The position numbers and the translations under genes are program-made. From Lama glama (lineage: Eukaryota), in NCBI GenBank assembly GCA_028534125.1, contig CM052837.1, positions 37,138,001-37,202,000 on the forward strand: 64,000 nucleotides of DNA. Reading direction: 5' to 3'. Below are positions 1 to 11,500 of the stretch, piece after piece. Each line of letters begins with the position of its first letter. The first letter of the stretch is position 1. The notes under the pieces were generated by a model. That model was given only the letters and a program-made list of their open reading frames with translations, did no database searches and was not told the DNA's origin.

Positions 1-1457
1 GGTCGGCTGCAAGGCCTCGGGTGCTCGCGGGCACAGAGCACCTGTCGGGTTCAGAGACTCCTGGGCGGGCACATGGGTGGGGGACCAGATGGGGTCCAGC
101 CAAGGGCACTTGCTGACTGGCTCACGTGAGTGGAGGGCAGTTCCTTGGAGCGTGTGGACATGCACATGAGTGTCCTGCGTGCCTGTGAGCCATGGACGTG
201 GATTGATGGTGTTAGTTGTAGCCGCTAGACCAGGTGCCCTCTGCTGGCTTCTGCTTGGGTCTGCAGGGCCCACCTATGTGTCAGGGTGTGGGTCCCAGGA
301 CCCCAGCACCCAGCACCCAGTGCAAGGCATCCACCAGCACTGCGGCATCCATAGCATCCAGCCATGAGTTCACAGGCTTGGGCAGCTCTCGGGCCACAAG
401 TCTCAGACCTCCCTTACTTGAGATGCTCAGGTCAGGAGCATTGACCGCCAGGCAGGATGACAGGGCAGGGCTGGGGCGGGACACAGGACACCTGGTGCAA
501 GGCTGTGGAGCTGACTGGGTCCTGCAGCCCCACCTGGTTGCTAGGGGTCTGGGGGAGGAGCAAAAGTGCCCACCCCTCCGGCAGCATCCAGCCCCGACCT
601 TTACCCACGACCCCTCACAGTCTCCAGCGAATATCACGTCCCCGACTGTCCTGTGCATCCTGAGTGTCCTGTGCCGGACCCGTCTCCCCCAGAGCATCTC
701 TGCCCCCAGAAGCTGAACCCAGAGCAGGGTCAGAGTGGCCCTGGCAGCCTCGGCACACAGCGCTCAGCACCCCCCGACACACACTGGCTACCCGAGAGAG
801 GGGGCCTGTCAGGTCCAGGTTCGGGTAGAGTGGGTCTGGTCAGGGCAGGCCCTGGGGCCCAGCTGGGCACCCCCTAGCACTGGTCACCGGTCCCAGCCTG
901 GGGCTGTCCGGGCAGGTGGGGAGGCTTGGGGAGAGGCCTTGCTTGGCAGGCCCTCGCAGACTGGGGAGGGGCTTGTGGAGAAGTGGCCAGTGCAGAGGAG
1001 GCTTCCTGGGGGCCAGTGTGGGCTGGGTCATTGGAGAGACCTACGTGTGGCTCTGGTTTGGGGTCCTGGGTCCTGGAGGCGATGATGGGTGAGTGGGGGG
1101 GTTGGGGTCTAGTTTGACTCCCAGGGTCCAGGTGCTGCTCCAGGCCGCCCCCCAGGCTGCCAGAGACCCCAGGCCCATCTCCCACAGTGTGCTGCATGGG
1201 GCCACTTGTGGTGCCCTTGTCCATGAGGCGCCTCCCCTGTGAGCCTCTTTAGGACAGACCCTGTGGCGTGAGGGTTGAAGGTGTTGACCCCTTGCTGCCT
1301 TGCGTCCCTGCCCTGCAGCGTCACGGGGTTCTTCTCCCTGGGGCGCCCATGCCCCCAGCTCAGGGGAACGTCCTGGCCAGCAGATGGGAAGAGTGGAGAG
1401 TGGGGGAGGGGTGGGCCGGGGGTGGGCCAGGCAGTGACGTCGGTGGGCAAGGGCCTC

Positions 1458-1539
1458 ATAAGCTGCGGCCTCCCTGTGGCTGCAGCAGGACCTGGCTGGA
1501 CGGGAGTGCGCGAGACTGAGGGCTCTCGGACGGGAGCAG
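1458..1539 (+). other. COL20A1: Probable non-coding exon 1 / 5'UTR of COL20A1
   Basis: First coding exon has an acceptor only 10 nt before the ATG, so an upstream exon is needed. Donor cag|gttggt at 1539/1540. Resembles the remembered human 5'UTR start; CRE-like TGACGTCG just upstream. Confidence 0.5.
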
Positions 1540-2451
1540 GTTGGTGACTCATCTGGGGGCCGGGGCCACCGGGGATGTGCCCAGGTCTGTGATCTGAGGA
1601 TGACCTTGACCTCCTAGAAAGGTTAGGGGGGAGTGGAGCTCCTGGGGAGGGGGCATCAGGACCAGAGGCACAGTCAGAGTGGGGCTGGGGTCTGACCCCC
1701 GGGCTACGGGGCAGAGAGGAGTCCTGCTCCCAGCACTGGCCTCCGTGTCCCTGGAAGGGGTCTCACCGGGTTTCTGGGGAGAGGAGGGGTCTGGCTTCAG
1801 AATGTGAATCAGGAGGGCCAAGGACCTGGGGTGCCCAGAGAGCCCCTCCACAGCCCTGAGGACCCCCACAACCTTGGCTGCCCTGGGGGTGTCCGGGGCC
1901 CTGAGAGCCTGCGCTGCGTGTCCCTTCTGCTGTCAGCAGAGGCGCAGAGGCCCTGAGGTCCCAACCCCGCTTCAGGGCTTCTCCCCACCACTCGCTGGTA
2001 GGCCGGCTCTGGGGCCAGCAGAGGGGCGGCACGCTGGGGGTCCTGCTCAAACTGGAGTCCCAGTCCCTGCCTCGGTTTCCTCCCCAGATCCCCAACCCTG
2101 ACAGTGGCCACCGTAGTCTGGTCTAATGACAATTAAGTGACCAGAGCGGCAACCAGGGCCCCTTGTTGGCCCGTAGAGAACGTCCCAGGGCACGACACAG
2201 AAACTGACTGGGCTGCCCTGTCTCGGGGGGCAGGAGGGCAGCTGACCTCTCAATCCAGGAAGCTCCTGCCCAGGTGGACAGCAGGGCTGGTGGCTGCAGG
2301 CCCTGAGGCATGGGCTGAGCCTCCCTGCCCACAGGGCCGCAGGTGAAGATACTCTGGCTTCAAGGTCAGGAGGCGATGGACAGATGGGTGGACAAATGGA
2401 GGGACCAACGGATAGCTGAGCAGCCTTTCTTCTTCCCGCAGGCCACGCACC

Positions 2452-2533
2452 ATGAGTGACTGTGTGCACCCCTCCCTCGGGGTCAGTCTCTGGCTGTTGC
2501 TGGGGGCTGCCATGGGACTTGGCCAGGGTCAAG
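2452..2533 (+). CDS. COL20A1: COL20A1 coding exon 1: signal peptide [27 protein letters not shown]
   Basis: Acceptor cgcag ends 2441, Kozak-like gcaccATG, hydrophobic core, donor gtaagg. Confidence 0.92.
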
Positions 2534-5500
2534 GTAAGGACACGGGCAGGGGGCTTCCTGGGACTGTGGACCCCACCAGACACCCACCTGCCCGCCCAGC
2601 CCCCCACCCCAGCTGACCCGCAGGGCGCTCCTGCTCTGGGCGGAGGCCCCACAGTGGGACTGACTTCCCTCTGTCCTGAGTCCCTGGCAGGGACAGGCGC
2701 CCTGCGAGCAGAGCCAGGAGGCAGGACGGCCCCTCTGCCCACAGCCCCACCCTCAGCTGTGGCTTGACCTTTGGCTTGGGGCTTTTTTGTGTTTTCCGTT
2801 TTGTTTTTTAACAGTTATCAACACACTGTGCATTTAATGCCCTCTTACATGTATTTTTTTTTGGAAAGTCATTCCACAGACATGTTTTCAAAGTGAGATT
2901 TTCAAACATTAGAATTTAGAGTAAAAAGTGACCCCCAGCCCCGAGGGGAGCCCTGAGATGCTGGCTGCCACCATCACCCCAGATCCCCGTACCCCTTGTG
3001 CGGCTGCACCGCATCCAGCAAGGGGTGCTTCAATCTGACCACTCCCTCTTGGGTGTCCTTTTGGGGTAACGGGCATTGCAGTGTCGTTTGTAACTCCCCG
3101 AACCCGAGGAGGAAGGCTGTTTGGACTGACTCTGGGAGGTGGCGTCCAAGGCTCCGGTCACTCAGGGAGCCTCCTCCGCCCCGCTGGCCGCGTCCCTGGC
3201 ATGCGCCTGGCTCCCACGGGCGACGAGGGTGGGGGACCACGCCCCTTGCCGATGCAGCTGTGCTTCGTGGATGCGGCTCAAGCGGCCTCGCGAGGGCGGC
3301 AGGGGGCATCACGCAGCCACCAGCCTGGAGCCCAGGGTCTGCCAGCCCCCTCTTCCTGGTGGCCTGTCTTCCTGTTTTTGCTTTTGCAGGCAGGTTGGTG
3401 ATGGCTGAGTGGGTGGGGCCCTGGGTCCTCAGGACTCTGACAGGGTCTCCCAGGGGGCTAAGCCACTAAGGGGCCTCACAGACGCTTGAGTCCAGACAGC
3501 ACGCGGTCCCCCGGGCTCTGGGTGAGCTGGGGGGGCGGGGGGTGCAGGCTCCATGTCCAGGCTGCCCTTCCCTGAGGGTGGTGGGGGAGGAGCTCCTGGG
3601 TGGGTGCCTCCCACTGCCAGCCCCCCGGCTGTCTCCCCAGTGCCCCACCAAGGCCCCGACCTGTGGACCCAGAGGGCAGCCTGGAAAGCCTCCCCCAAGA
3701 CGTGAGGGGCGCAACGAGACAGAGGCTCCTCATGAGCTGGGCTCCCTGCTCACAAGTGACTTTTCAAAGCTCCCACCCCCGAGACATTCCTGCCTTTCAG
3801 CCCGTGCTCCAGGGAGCAGAGGCCCATCCGGAGACCCATCCGGAGACCAGCTCAGCTGCCTCCAGCTCTGAAGCCCTCATTGTGCCTCTGTGGGCTCCCG
3901 CCAGCCCTGCGCTTCCCCTGTGCCCCCGACTTCAGAGGGGCAGCCGGAAGAAGCCTGTCTCTCCCCGTTTTCCAAAAATAGCACCCCCACCAACGAGCTC
4001 CCGGAAGCGTCCCCTGGAGGTCAGGCTGTGCCTGGGGCCCCAGGCCTCCACTGCCCCTTCCTCCTCCTAGGACGGCCAGGGCACCCCGCCCAGTGCACCC
4101 ACCAGAGTGCAGCCCCACACTCAGGGCTCTCCACGCCCAGGGCGCCCCCTCCAGGGCACCCACCAGAGTGCACCCCCACACTCAGGGCTCTCCACACCCA
4201 GGGCGCCCCCCCCCAGCGCACCCACCAGAGTGCACCCCCACACTCAGGGCTNNNNNNNNNNNNNNNNNNNNNNNNNNNNNNNNNNNNNNNNNNNNNNNNN
4301 NNNNNNNNNNNNNNNNNNNNNNNNNNNNNNNNNNNNNNNNNNNNNNNNNNNNNNNNNNNNNNNNNNNNNNNNNNNNNNNNNNNNNNNNNNNNNNNNNNNN
4401 NNNNNNNNNNNNNNNNNNNNNNNNNNNNNNNNNNNNNNNNNNNNNNNNNNNNNNNNNNNNNNNNNNNNNNNNNNNNNNNNNNNNNNNNNNNNNNNNNNNN
4501 NNNNNNNNNNNNNNNNNNNNNNNNNNNNNNNNNNNNNNNNNNNNNNNNNNNNNNNNNNNNNNNNNNNNNNNNNNNNNNNNNNNNNNNNNNNNNNNNNNNN
4601 NNNNNNNNNNNNNNNNNNNNNNNNNNNNNNNNNNNNNNNNNNNNNNNNNNNNNNNNNNNNNNNNNNNNNNNNNNNNNNNNNNNNNNNNNNNNNNNNNNNN
4701 NNNNNNNNNNNNNNNNNNNNNNNNNNNNNNNNNNNNNNNNNNNNNNNNNNNCCCACACTCAGGGCTCTCCACACCCAGGGCGCCCCCCCCAGCGCACCCA
4801 CCAGAGTGCACCCCCACACTCAGGGCTCTCCACACCCAGGGCGCCCACCCCAGGGCACCCACCAGAGTGCACCCCCACACTCAGGGCTCTCCACACCCAG
4901 GGCGCCCACCCCAGGGCACCGTACCCTCATGGGCTGTGTAACCCAACCGTGACCTTGGCAGCTGGGATCTGTGGTCGCACAGCTGCTCCTCCCACTGCCA
5001 GGCTCAGGCAGGGGAACCCGGGTGGGGAGGCAGCTGCTGTGTTGGCTCAGCGCCTGCATCTCCGGGGGCAGTTACTGCCACTCCCAGATGCTAACCTGAG
5101 CCTCTCTCTAGGGGCTGGGGGGACACCCCTAGGGGCAGGCGGGGGCCTCCTCGGAAGGAGCAGTCTCCCCTCCCTGGAGCTGCCAGGTGGCCCCAGTGCC
5201 TCAGAGCCCTCAGAAGCCGGGTCCCCCTTCAGCCCCAGGTGGGGCCTCCTCTTGCCCAGCCCCACCAACTGAGCCCTCCGTGGGGCCACAGCCTCCGCAG
5301 ACGGTCAGGACGGGCCCCTCACACCTCTCCCAGATCCCCACAGCTGGTTGGTGTGGGCCCCAGAGGTCATCCTGGCCGCCCTGTCCTGTTTCCCCAGTGA
5401 GCGGCCGCCTGAAGCTGGTGGTGCTGCCTGAGGACCGGCTACAGATGACGTGGAGGGAGTCGGAGGGGCGCAGCCTTGGCTTCCTGGTGCGGGTGAAGCC

Positions 5501-8500
5501 CATGGCAGGTAGGGCCTGTGCCTCCCCTCCGTGCAGACCACAGCGGTCACCATGGGGGCTGCAGTGACTGGCTCCTCTGTGAGTCTGCCCTCCCTCCTGT
5601 CCATCTTCCCTGCTAACTGGGGGAAATCATGGCAGGAGGACAGGGCCTAGGGAGTCCCCATAGCTGTGTCCCCACACCTGGCACATGCAGGGGCATTCGG
5701 TCAAGGACCCTGCTCCAGCTTAGAGCTGCCAGGACTCTGCCAGTGCCCAGCGCGAGCGGCCCACGTCTTATAGGACGGCAGCAGAGACGCCTGGTGGCTC
5801 AGCACAGACCTCCAGACAGGGTGAGGGCTGCGAGTATTAAACCCTTTCCAAAACTGAGGTGTGACACCTGCAGGCGAGCCCCCAGTCACGGGCGTGTGGC
5901 CGCCGCGTTGGCCAGATGCACGATGCGAACCTGCGCTCAGTCCCCGGGGGGAGAGGCCCCGCCGGGCTCACTGGCCTGGCGCTGCCCCGAGAAGAGCCCC
6001 AGCCTGACCTGGCTGTGGTTTCCCTAGCATTTTAGCTAAGCCACCTTTGTTTATTTTTCTTGTCTTTTACATTGTTACTGATGTTTTGCGTATGTATCTA
6101 CTTACCCATCAATTGCTGTGAGAAGTATTTTAAATCCCCAGCGTGACTGTAGATACGCCTTCCTCGGGCGTCTCACTAATCTTCCTTACGTGTCGAAGCT
6201 CTGTTATTAGGTGCATACAAATGTAGAACGGTCGTGCCTTCCTAGTAGACTGAACCTCTTCTGTGACAAGGTACTCCTCATTACCTCCCTGCGGCCATTT
6301 TTTCTTACGTTCTGCTTTCCGTAAGGTCAGTATTGCTCCAGCAGGAAGCGTTTGCACTGGATGCCGTGCCCCGTTCCTCTCCTTGACCTTCCTCCAGTCT
6401 TTCACTTCAGACACTGCTTCTCAGAAGCACAGAATTACTGTTGTTTTTATCCAGTGATACAGTCTTTCCCTTTTTGTCGAAACATTTCCCCATTTACATT
6501 TAATGACATTTCTGATACATTTGGATTTAAATCTACTATCTTTCTATTTGTTTTGTTTTTGTTCCACTAGTTATAACTTCTTCCTCTCCTGTCTTCTTTG
6601 GAACTGAATTTTTCTAGAACAATTTTAAAACACGCGGAAGAAGAGAGTTCAGTGTGATGCAGCCTCGTGCGCCCGGGATTAAGCTCCAACAGCTGCCAGC
6701 TCGCGGCGGGGCCGCGCTGTGCCTCTCCCCCAGCACCTTCCTTAGGTTGTGTTATCTTGAGCAAGTCCCAGACAGCACATACTTCTGCCTATAAACATTT
6801 CAGTTTGTTTCTCTAAAAAAAGAAGGGATGAAAAATAACTCCAGTACTGCTAGCATGCCTGAAGAATGAAAATACCTCAAGACTATCATTAAATATTCTG
6901 TGTGTTAAAAATCATCCAGCTTGCCAGGTAAATGTCTTTTACAATTGACTTCCTTGCACGGGGGTCCCTGCAGGGCCCTCGCACTGTGCCTCACACTGTA
7001 CTGGTTCCCACGTCTCAGGTAATGTTCCATCCAGAACAGTGTCCTCTCCCCTCCTTTTCCTCAGCACTTGTTTGTGGAAAAAAAAAGATCATTCATCCTG
7101 GAGGACTTGCACATCCTACGTCTTGCTGACGGCATCCCCGTGGTGCCTTTTAAATTGCTCCTGTCCCCCGTTCTGCCCCGTAGATTGGCAGTTAGGTCCC
7201 GGAGTTTGATCAGATCCGGGTTTGATTGTATTCTGTGGACAGGAATCGTTTGTGAGTGGTTCCTGTCCCACTGCGCCCTTGCTGGAGGTGCACGGTGTCT
7301 GTTGCCTCTTTTCTCGTGTGGAGTTACCACGGATTGGCAGCTGTGAGAGGAGTGGGCACTTTCCGCATTCCGTGTCCCCTTTGCTCGTGTGGCGGACAGG
7401 GGCCGCAGCACCGCCCTCGGTTTATTAGCATGTAGCATCATGACAGCTCCGTAGCTGTCCCTGCACAGACGCCGCACAGCGGTGCCCGCCCTGTCTCATG
7501 CGTGCTCCTCCGTAACCTACAGCAAATCTCATAAAGCATTTCCATTTTTTCAGTTGCTCAATTTGATGTTAATTCAGACCAGCTCGTGTATTTACCCCTT
7601 CGTTGCCCTTTGTTCCTTCCAGTGCCTCTCCTTCTGGGGCTGTCTTCTTTCTGCCTGAAACGTTTCCTTGAGTAAGGGTCTCCTGGCTGCAGGTTCTGTG
7701 TTTTGGGGGGTTTGTTTTTTTCCTAAGTGTCTGTATTCCACCTTCGTTCTTGAAGGATGTCGTTGCTGGGTATAGAATTTTGATTGGAACTTCCCTTCAG
7801 CACCTTGAAGACCCCTTTTATTGTCTTTCGGTTCCTACCGTTCCTCTTGAGAATTCGGTTGCCAGCCCAGTTGCTGCCCCCTTAGATGAGATGTCTTGCT
7901 TCCTCTTTTCCCTAATCCCTGCCTTTAAGACTTTTCCCTCTGCTGCAGTTTCCAGCACATTTAGTCTGGTGTGCGTGCGTGTGCGTGTCTCTCATCTTGC
8001 TTCAGACCCGTCGGACTTCCGGGACCCAGGTCTGACGCCCTGCAGTTCTGGAAACCTCCTTAGCTGATCTCCTCAAGCTGTGCTTGCTCCCACTCTCCCC
8101 GTCTCCCCGTGGGGCTACACGATGGGGGTCTTGTCACTGCATCGGTGCCCCTTACGCCTTCTCCAGTATTTTCAGTTCCTTTCTCTCTCCAGCCTTACTT
8201 TTTTGTCTCACTCTGAAACGCCTTCCCCTGCTTGCCCCCTCATTTGTTTGTAACAAGCTGTTAAGTCATTCTCAGAATTTCTAGCTTCAGTTTTTGTGTT
8301 TCTCCATTCTAGAATTCCCATTTGGAAATTTGCACTTGGTTTTTCCACTCCAGAATTTCTTTTTCATTGGTTTGTTTTCGTAGTTTGATATCCAAATTCA
8401 TAGGCTTGGTCATTTTGAAGTCTCGTAACTCCATTATCTGGGAAATCTGCGGGTCCCTTTCTCTTGTCTAAGGTTCCTTTTAACTTTCAACCATGCCGTC

Positions 8501-11500
8501 GTGCTCCCTTGTACACCTGGTTATTTGTTGTTGCAGACACTGTGAAAACCTATAGGAATAGTGTATGGCCTCGTATGACATTGTCTTCCTTCAGAAACAA
8601 TTTGTGGTTGTTTCTGACAGATGACAACCTGGGTCATCTTCACTCCATCTTAGAAGTTAAGATTGTTTGAAGCTGGGGTCCAGTCCCTTCAAGACCCAAT
8701 CTGTCCTCACGAATCCTAGCTCCTGGGTGTAGCTCTTCAGTGTCTCTACCCAAAGAATTGGGGGGTGGGGTGGGCATGGGCCAAGGATTCACACCCTCAG
8801 AGGGCCCCAGGCCCTTCTTGCCCCTTAAGCCTCCAAGCCCGTCAAGGCCGCTGGCCCGGGGCTCTCTCCCAGACACCCTGTCTTCACCTGTTCAGGCTCT
8901 CCAACAAGGGACTACAGGCTGCAGTTGCAACAAGTTGAATGACATTGGTTTCCCGCCATCCAGGAGGCTGGACGCCCGAGGCCCGGGCGCCAGCGCAGCC
9001 GGGTTCTTGGAGGGCTCTCCTCCTGGTTCACAGACGGTGCTCTCCTCGCTCTCTCCTTGTGCGGCAGAAGCAGCGAGGGAGCTCTCGGGGGCCCCTCTCA
9101 TCAGGGCGCTGGCCGCCTCATGAGGGCTCCACCCTCATGACCTCATCCCCTCCCGGGGGCTACCTCCTGACGGGTCGCCTTGGGGGTTAGGATGTCAGCC
9201 TGTGAACCTGGCGGATGCAAATGTTCAGTCCACAGCCCACCCTGGCGTGCACGTGGGCCGGGGGTGGGGCTGGCCTCTTTGCTCCGAATCGCCACCCGGT
9301 TAGCGCGCTCGGCCTTCAAGGGATTCTGTGCAGAAACGCCACCTAGTTTCCCGACTCTCAGCAAGAGGGGGTGTTGCCGGCGCCAGAGCGGAAGCCCAGC
9401 CCAGACCTCGCGTGTCCTCCAGGTGCTGGCCCTGGCGGGTGGGGGCCCAGCTCCTCCAGCCATCGGCCTCTCTCCCTGTGCAGCCTGCATCGTCACACCT
9501 TCGTGGTGGCCCCAGGACTGTTGCGCTGGGGCATCTGGAGGGCTTATGGGTGCTCGCAGTGGGTAAATCCCTCTGGGGAGGCTTGGTAAAGGACACACTA
9601 CTTTGCTGCTGCAGATGCATTCTTCCTCAGTTAATTGCCCAGGAGTGCTGCTCCCTCCCATCAGGTCCTAGAGGGAGGAGCAAAGGCCTCTCCTCTTCTT
9701 CCCTCCTCTGCCCCGAGGGGAGGAGCTGGGGTGGGGGGAGCCAGGAGGACTTCACCACTCCCCGACAGGCACACACACGTGCACACAGACTGTCCGGCTC
9801 GGCGGCCTTGACAGCTCTCCCCACCCCCACCCCAGGGGACCCAGAGCAGGAGGTGATGCTGACAACCAAGACCCCCAAGGCCACGGTGGGGGGCCTGAGC
9901 CCCTCCAAAGGCTACAGCGTGCAAATCTTCGAGCTCACCGGCTCAGGGAACACCCTGCTGGCTCGGAGGGAGTTTGTGAGTAAGTCCGTCCTCTGGGGGT
10001 GCACGTGTTTGGGCAGAGGAGGGGGCGGAGCTGAGCCCTGGCAGCACCTCTGGGCTGGGAGCCCCCAGGCTGGGGCTTGAGTCCTGGCAGCCGCCCAGGA
10101 GCCAGGACAAGCCCTTGCGGGGTGTGCTGTGGGTGCCGTCCCCAGGCCTCTGTTCCCTCCCTGGGTGGTGGGGTCCTGACAGACCCTCGCATCTTTCTGC
10201 AGTTGAAGATTTGAAGAGTAACTCCATGAGCAGGAGCGGCAGGAGGCCAGCGGGGGCAGCCCTGGAGCCCACCCCCTCCCACGTGGGGAGCCTAGACCTG
10301 GAACCCTGGTTGGCCTTGGCCCCAAGCCAAGATCTGCCCACATTTGGTGAGTCGAAGTTGAATGAGGACAGGTGGGCCAGCTTCTCGGGGTTTCTCTCCA
10401 TGTGGCCAGGAAGTTCTTCCTCCCTCTGACCTCACGCTTTCTTGCTTTACTTAAGCTCACCTCCAACCTCCTGGGTTCACTAGCCCACTGAGGCAGGCCA
10501 TCTGCTGGAGGAGTCCCTGGGGCCTCAGTGCCTGGTCCCCACCCTCACCCCCTTAGGTGTCCCCCAGCTTGGGTGTGGCAGGTGAGAGGCGATGCAGCTG
10601 TTATCCATCCCCCCAGGAGTGCCTGGAGAAGGGCAGCACCCACCCAGGAGCCCCGCTGGAAAGGCCCCTGCTCAGCCCCTACCAGACCCGGAAGGGCAGA
10701 ACTACGCCAGGGCCTCAGCTGGAGGGAGAGAGAAGCCAGGTAAGACAGCCAGGGTGCCGGCCTCCGCGGGACTGCGGGCAGGCAGGTGGCGTTCCCATGA
10801 GGCCCTGCAGGCAGTGCTGTGCCTCCCCCTCCAGAACTGAGATGTCTCCGATTTTGTCTCCCCATCAGATTTGAAATGGACGAAGGCACCTCCTTCCTTA
10901 GACGGGCACATTCCTCCTCAGGTGGGGACCCCCGCTGTCTCCCAGTGGACTTTGGGTCTGCCAGGATGGGCTCCCCTGCAGTGCAGCACCTTAAGGCTAG
11001 GGCCTGCCTCCCCGATTAGATGGGGGTCTCACCACACGTACCTTACCCAGGAGCTCCAGGCGGGGTCTGACCTGACTCTGGGGCTCAGCCTGGAAGCACC
11101 ATCTGCAAAACTCAGGGACCCCCAGGTCAAGAGGTGTGGCTCTGTGTCCAAGGAGCTCCTGGTCGTCAGGACAGGCCCCAACCCCAGACAGTGAGGCCTC
11201 AGCCCAGAGCTGGTAGAATGGACAGCCCCCAGCCCTGCCTGGAGCTGTCCACGGTGCTGACCCCGTCCACCTCATTTGGCACCCCCTTGGGCAGCCTCTG
11301 CCAGCTGGACCTGGGTGTCGGCTGGGTGGACCCCTGCATTGACATCCACACAGTGAACAGCATGGAGGCCAGAGGTGCCAGGGCAACTGGGTGACCCACT
11401 AGCCATCTTTAGGGGGCTTGGACGGGCTGAGATGATGGGCTGTGGTTCATGTGGAGGTCCTCTCCCCCAACACTCAGCTGCCCACCTCATTTGAGGCCAA

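Noticed and set aside
3890-5272. Long ORFs across the minisatellite and gap; repeats superficially CRISPR-like
   Set aside because: Ns and stop-free repeat units; no unique spacers, no cas genes, eukaryotic DNA.
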